Origin: Scenedesmus sp. PABB004
Taxonomy: Eukaryota
Direction of reading: 5' to 3'
Assembly: GCA_014905635.1 (NCBI GenBank)
Contig: JABVCE010000005.1
Location: 1,178,001-1,242,000, forward strand
DNA: 64,000 bases
Part shown: positions 61,329 to 64,000 of the stretch, piece after piece
Numbering within the stretch: the first letter of the stretch is position 1
How the letters are laid out: each line of letters begins with the position of its first letter
The notes under the pieces: model-generated
Database searches by the model: none
The model's input: the letters and a program-made list of their open reading frames with translations, nothing else
Told to the model about the DNA's origin: nothing
Translations under genes and position numbers: made by a program

Positions 61329-64000
61329 CTAGCACTGGCAGCGCGTCGCCTCAAACGCGCCCGTCTGCACCACGGTGGGGTTGAGGGACGTCACGCGGTA
61401 GAGGCAGAGCGGGCGGGACAGGGCGCTCCTGCGCGCGGGGCGGCGGGCGGGGCGCACGCGGGGCGGTGAGCGCGAGGCGGCGCGGCGCAGCGGCGGCGTG
61501 CGGGCCGCGGCGCGGATGCGCAAGCGTGCACAGCCCGCGGCCTGCGCGCCGCGCGGGCGCGCTCACAGCTGCGGGGTGCAGCCGCACTGCTCGCCGGCGG
61601 CGAGGTTCTGGCTGCAGCACTGGCTCTGCAGGATGCCGAAGCAGCGCGGCAGCGCGGACGGCGCGGCCGCCGCGTTGGCGGCGTTGGGCGCGGGCGCGGG
61701 CGCCGAGCACTGGTCGGCGATGGCCGTGGCCTCGGCCTTGGCGGCAGCGGCGGCCTGGCCCAGGCCCTGCGCCTCGGCCACCGCGCGCGCGGCTGCGGCG
61801 CGCGCGGAGGATGGCGCGGCGGGGCGGGCGCGCGTGGGCAGGGATCGCGGCGGGGCGGCGGCGGGCACGCGGCAGCGCGGTGCGGCGCGGGCGCGGCGCC
61901 GCTCACCCACGAGCGCCTGCTGCGCGCCGGTGCAGCCGCCGGTCTGCGCGGCCTTGGTGAGCGCGGAGCTCACGGCCTGCGCGCAGGGGCCGCCGGTCGC
62001 ATACGCCGCGGCGAGGGCCTCGCCGAAGGTGGTCGTGTTGAGGCCTGCCGCGGCTGCAGGCAGAGCAGGGAGGTGCGGCGCGCGCGAGTCGGGGAGGGGT
62101 CAGGCCAGGCGGCAGCGCACGGACCGGCGCGCGCGAGGGCCTGGCGCGCCCCCGACCGCGCGGGCTCCCGCCGCACCCGCGCTGCCGCACGCCTCGGCCA
62201 CCGGCGCGACCGTCGAGGGGCTGACCGCCGCCTGCACGCACGCGCGCACGTGAGGGTGTGAGCGACCAGGGCGGCGCGGCTGCCGCGGCCGGCGGGCCGC
62301 GCGGCGCGGCGGCGCGCGGCGCGGCGAGCCCGCGGCGGCGTGCGCGCCTGCGCGAGGCCGGTGGAGAGCGCGGTCGTGTTCTCCGGCGGGCAGCGCTTGA
62401 CGCCGTCGAGGACGGCGGTGGAGTTGGCGGTCTGCAGGCCGCGGCAGACCTCGGCGAGGCTCGCCTCCGCCTGCGCCGCGCGCGCCTCGGCGACCGACGT
62501 GGCGATCGCCTCGGCCTGGCCGCCGTCGCCGCCGCCGCCGCTCGCGGTGGCGCTGGCCGCGCTCGTCGCCTCTGCCGGCGGCGGGGCGGGGGCGGCGCGC
62601 GGGGCGCGGGGCGGGCGCAGCGTGGGTCGTGCGCGGCGCCGCGCGGCCAGCAGGCGGCGGCGCAGCTGCCGCGCGCCGCGGCGCGCCCCCGCAGGCCCCC
62701 GCACTCACGCGCGACGCTGCCGCCGGAGCCGAGGACCTCCGCGGCGGCGTTGGCAGACGCGCTCGCGCGCCCGCCGCCCGTGGCGCGCGCGACGGCCTGC
62801 GCGGCGGCCTGGGCCGCCGCCGGCGCGGCGGCGGGCGCCTCGGCGGTGCACACGGCGGGCTGCTGCGTCGCCGGGACGACGGCGGTGTCGGGCGGGCACC
62901 CGCCGGTCGCGCAGCCGCCGATTGGCCCGGGCACGCCGGCGATGTTGACCGCGGGCGAGGGGCTGGGGCTCGCCGCCGGGCTGGGGGAGGCCGACGGCGA
63001 CGGAGAGGGCGAGGGCGACGGCGACGGCGGCGCGGGCACCGGGCTGGTGGCCGGCGCCGGGACGGGCGTGAGGACGGGGATGCCGGCCGCGGTCGCGCCG
63101 GCCGGGCTCGGCGAGGGCGCGGGCGAGCCGACGGCGGCCGCGGGGGCGGGCACGGGCAGCACCGCGGGGATGGGCGCGGAGGGGCTGCGGCGCGGCGGCG
63201 CGCGCGCAGCCGTCGGCGGCGACGGCGAGCGGCGGCGGCGCGCGTGCCGCGCGCGCAGCAGGCAGGGCGCGCAGCATGCGCCGCGCCCACACACCTGGGC
63301 GACGCCGCGGGGGACGGGCTGGGCGACGGCGAGGGGCTGGGCGACGCCGCAGGCGAGGGGCTCGGGCTTGGGCTCGGGGACGCCGCGGGCGAGGGGCTCG
63401 GGCTGGCCGCCGGCAGGCACGCCTGCGCGGCGCTCGCGTCGGCCGAGGCGAGCGCGGAGCTAATGGCCTGGCCGTTGCCGGACGCGATCGCCTGGCTGTA
63501 CGCCTCTGCGGCGGTCAGGGACGGATGGAGGGGGCGGCGGCAGGGGTGGGCGCGCGGGCGGCAGCGCAGCCGCGCGGCCGCGCGCGGCGCGCCCAGGCGG
63601 CAGCGCCGCGCGGCTCACGCGCGAGCGCCTGCGCGGCGGGGCTGCCGCAGCCGCCGCCCGCCGACGCGATGGCCTGGCTGACGGCCTGGGCGGCCGCGGA
63701 CGCGGCCGGGCAGTTGCAGGTGAGGTCCTGGCGCAGCTGGGTGGGGCTCGTCACGTTGACCGCGGGTGCGGGGCTGGCGCTGGGGCTGGGGCTGGGGCTG
63801 ATGCTCTCGATGGCCGCCACGGGCGACGGCGACGCCGCAGGCGCCGGCACCGAGCTGCGGCGGGGCGTGCAGGGCGCCACGGCGGCAGGCCGGCGTCAGC
63901 GCGGAGCGCGCAGCGCGCAGCACGCGTGCAAGCCAGCGGGCGCCCATCGCCGCGCGCCACGCCGCGCCCACCTGGGGCTCGGGGACGCCGCGGGCGAGGG
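61329..64000 (-). CDS. Ala/Ser/Pro-rich, Cys-containing putative extracellular (HRGP-like) protein, 5'-partial
   Basis: Multi-exon; (SP)n linkers alternate with AQAIA(S)A..GC modules; Cys-rich C-terminal domain (LPRCFGILQSQCC..CGC..LCLYR..RCQC*). Confidence 0.7.

Overview
Eukaryotic nuclear DNA, extremely GC-rich and intron-rich with short intergenic spaces. It is most consistent with a chlorophyte green alga (inference: TGTAA poly(A) signals, plastid transit peptides, bifunctional PAM, a selenoprotein; possibly Sphaeropleales). Most long ORFs in the six-frame track are GC artefacts. Manual splicing gives about 23 protein-coding genes, in order: partial coiled-coil protein, PWWP-domain protein, MCM9, Q/P-rich orphan, selenoprotein M, CsgA-like SDR, TIM22, SEC20-like SNARE, ABC1/UbiB kinase, FkbM methyltransferase, MFS transporter, purple acid phosphatase, fibrillin-like protein, M3 oligopeptidase, PAM, calcineurin-like phosphoesterase, TMEM107, TPR-METTL21-like methyltransferase, NIP30-like protein, ACT-domain glucan phosphorylase, orphan, PGG-motif protein and a partial Ser/Pro/Ala/Cys-rich protein. 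The main hidden feature is a 5-exon selenoprotein M gene (minus strand, 14751-15557). Its in-frame UGA lies in a CxxU motif inside a 35-nt micro-exon, and its 3' UTR holds a clear type II SECIS hairpin with a non-canonical CUGA core. Other highlights: SEC20 with a ~1,240-aa His-repeat luminal tail ending RDEL, about 20 GC-AG introns, G-rich/C-rich self-complementary introns, and cilia-linked genes. Product calls come from motif recognition only; no database searches were run.
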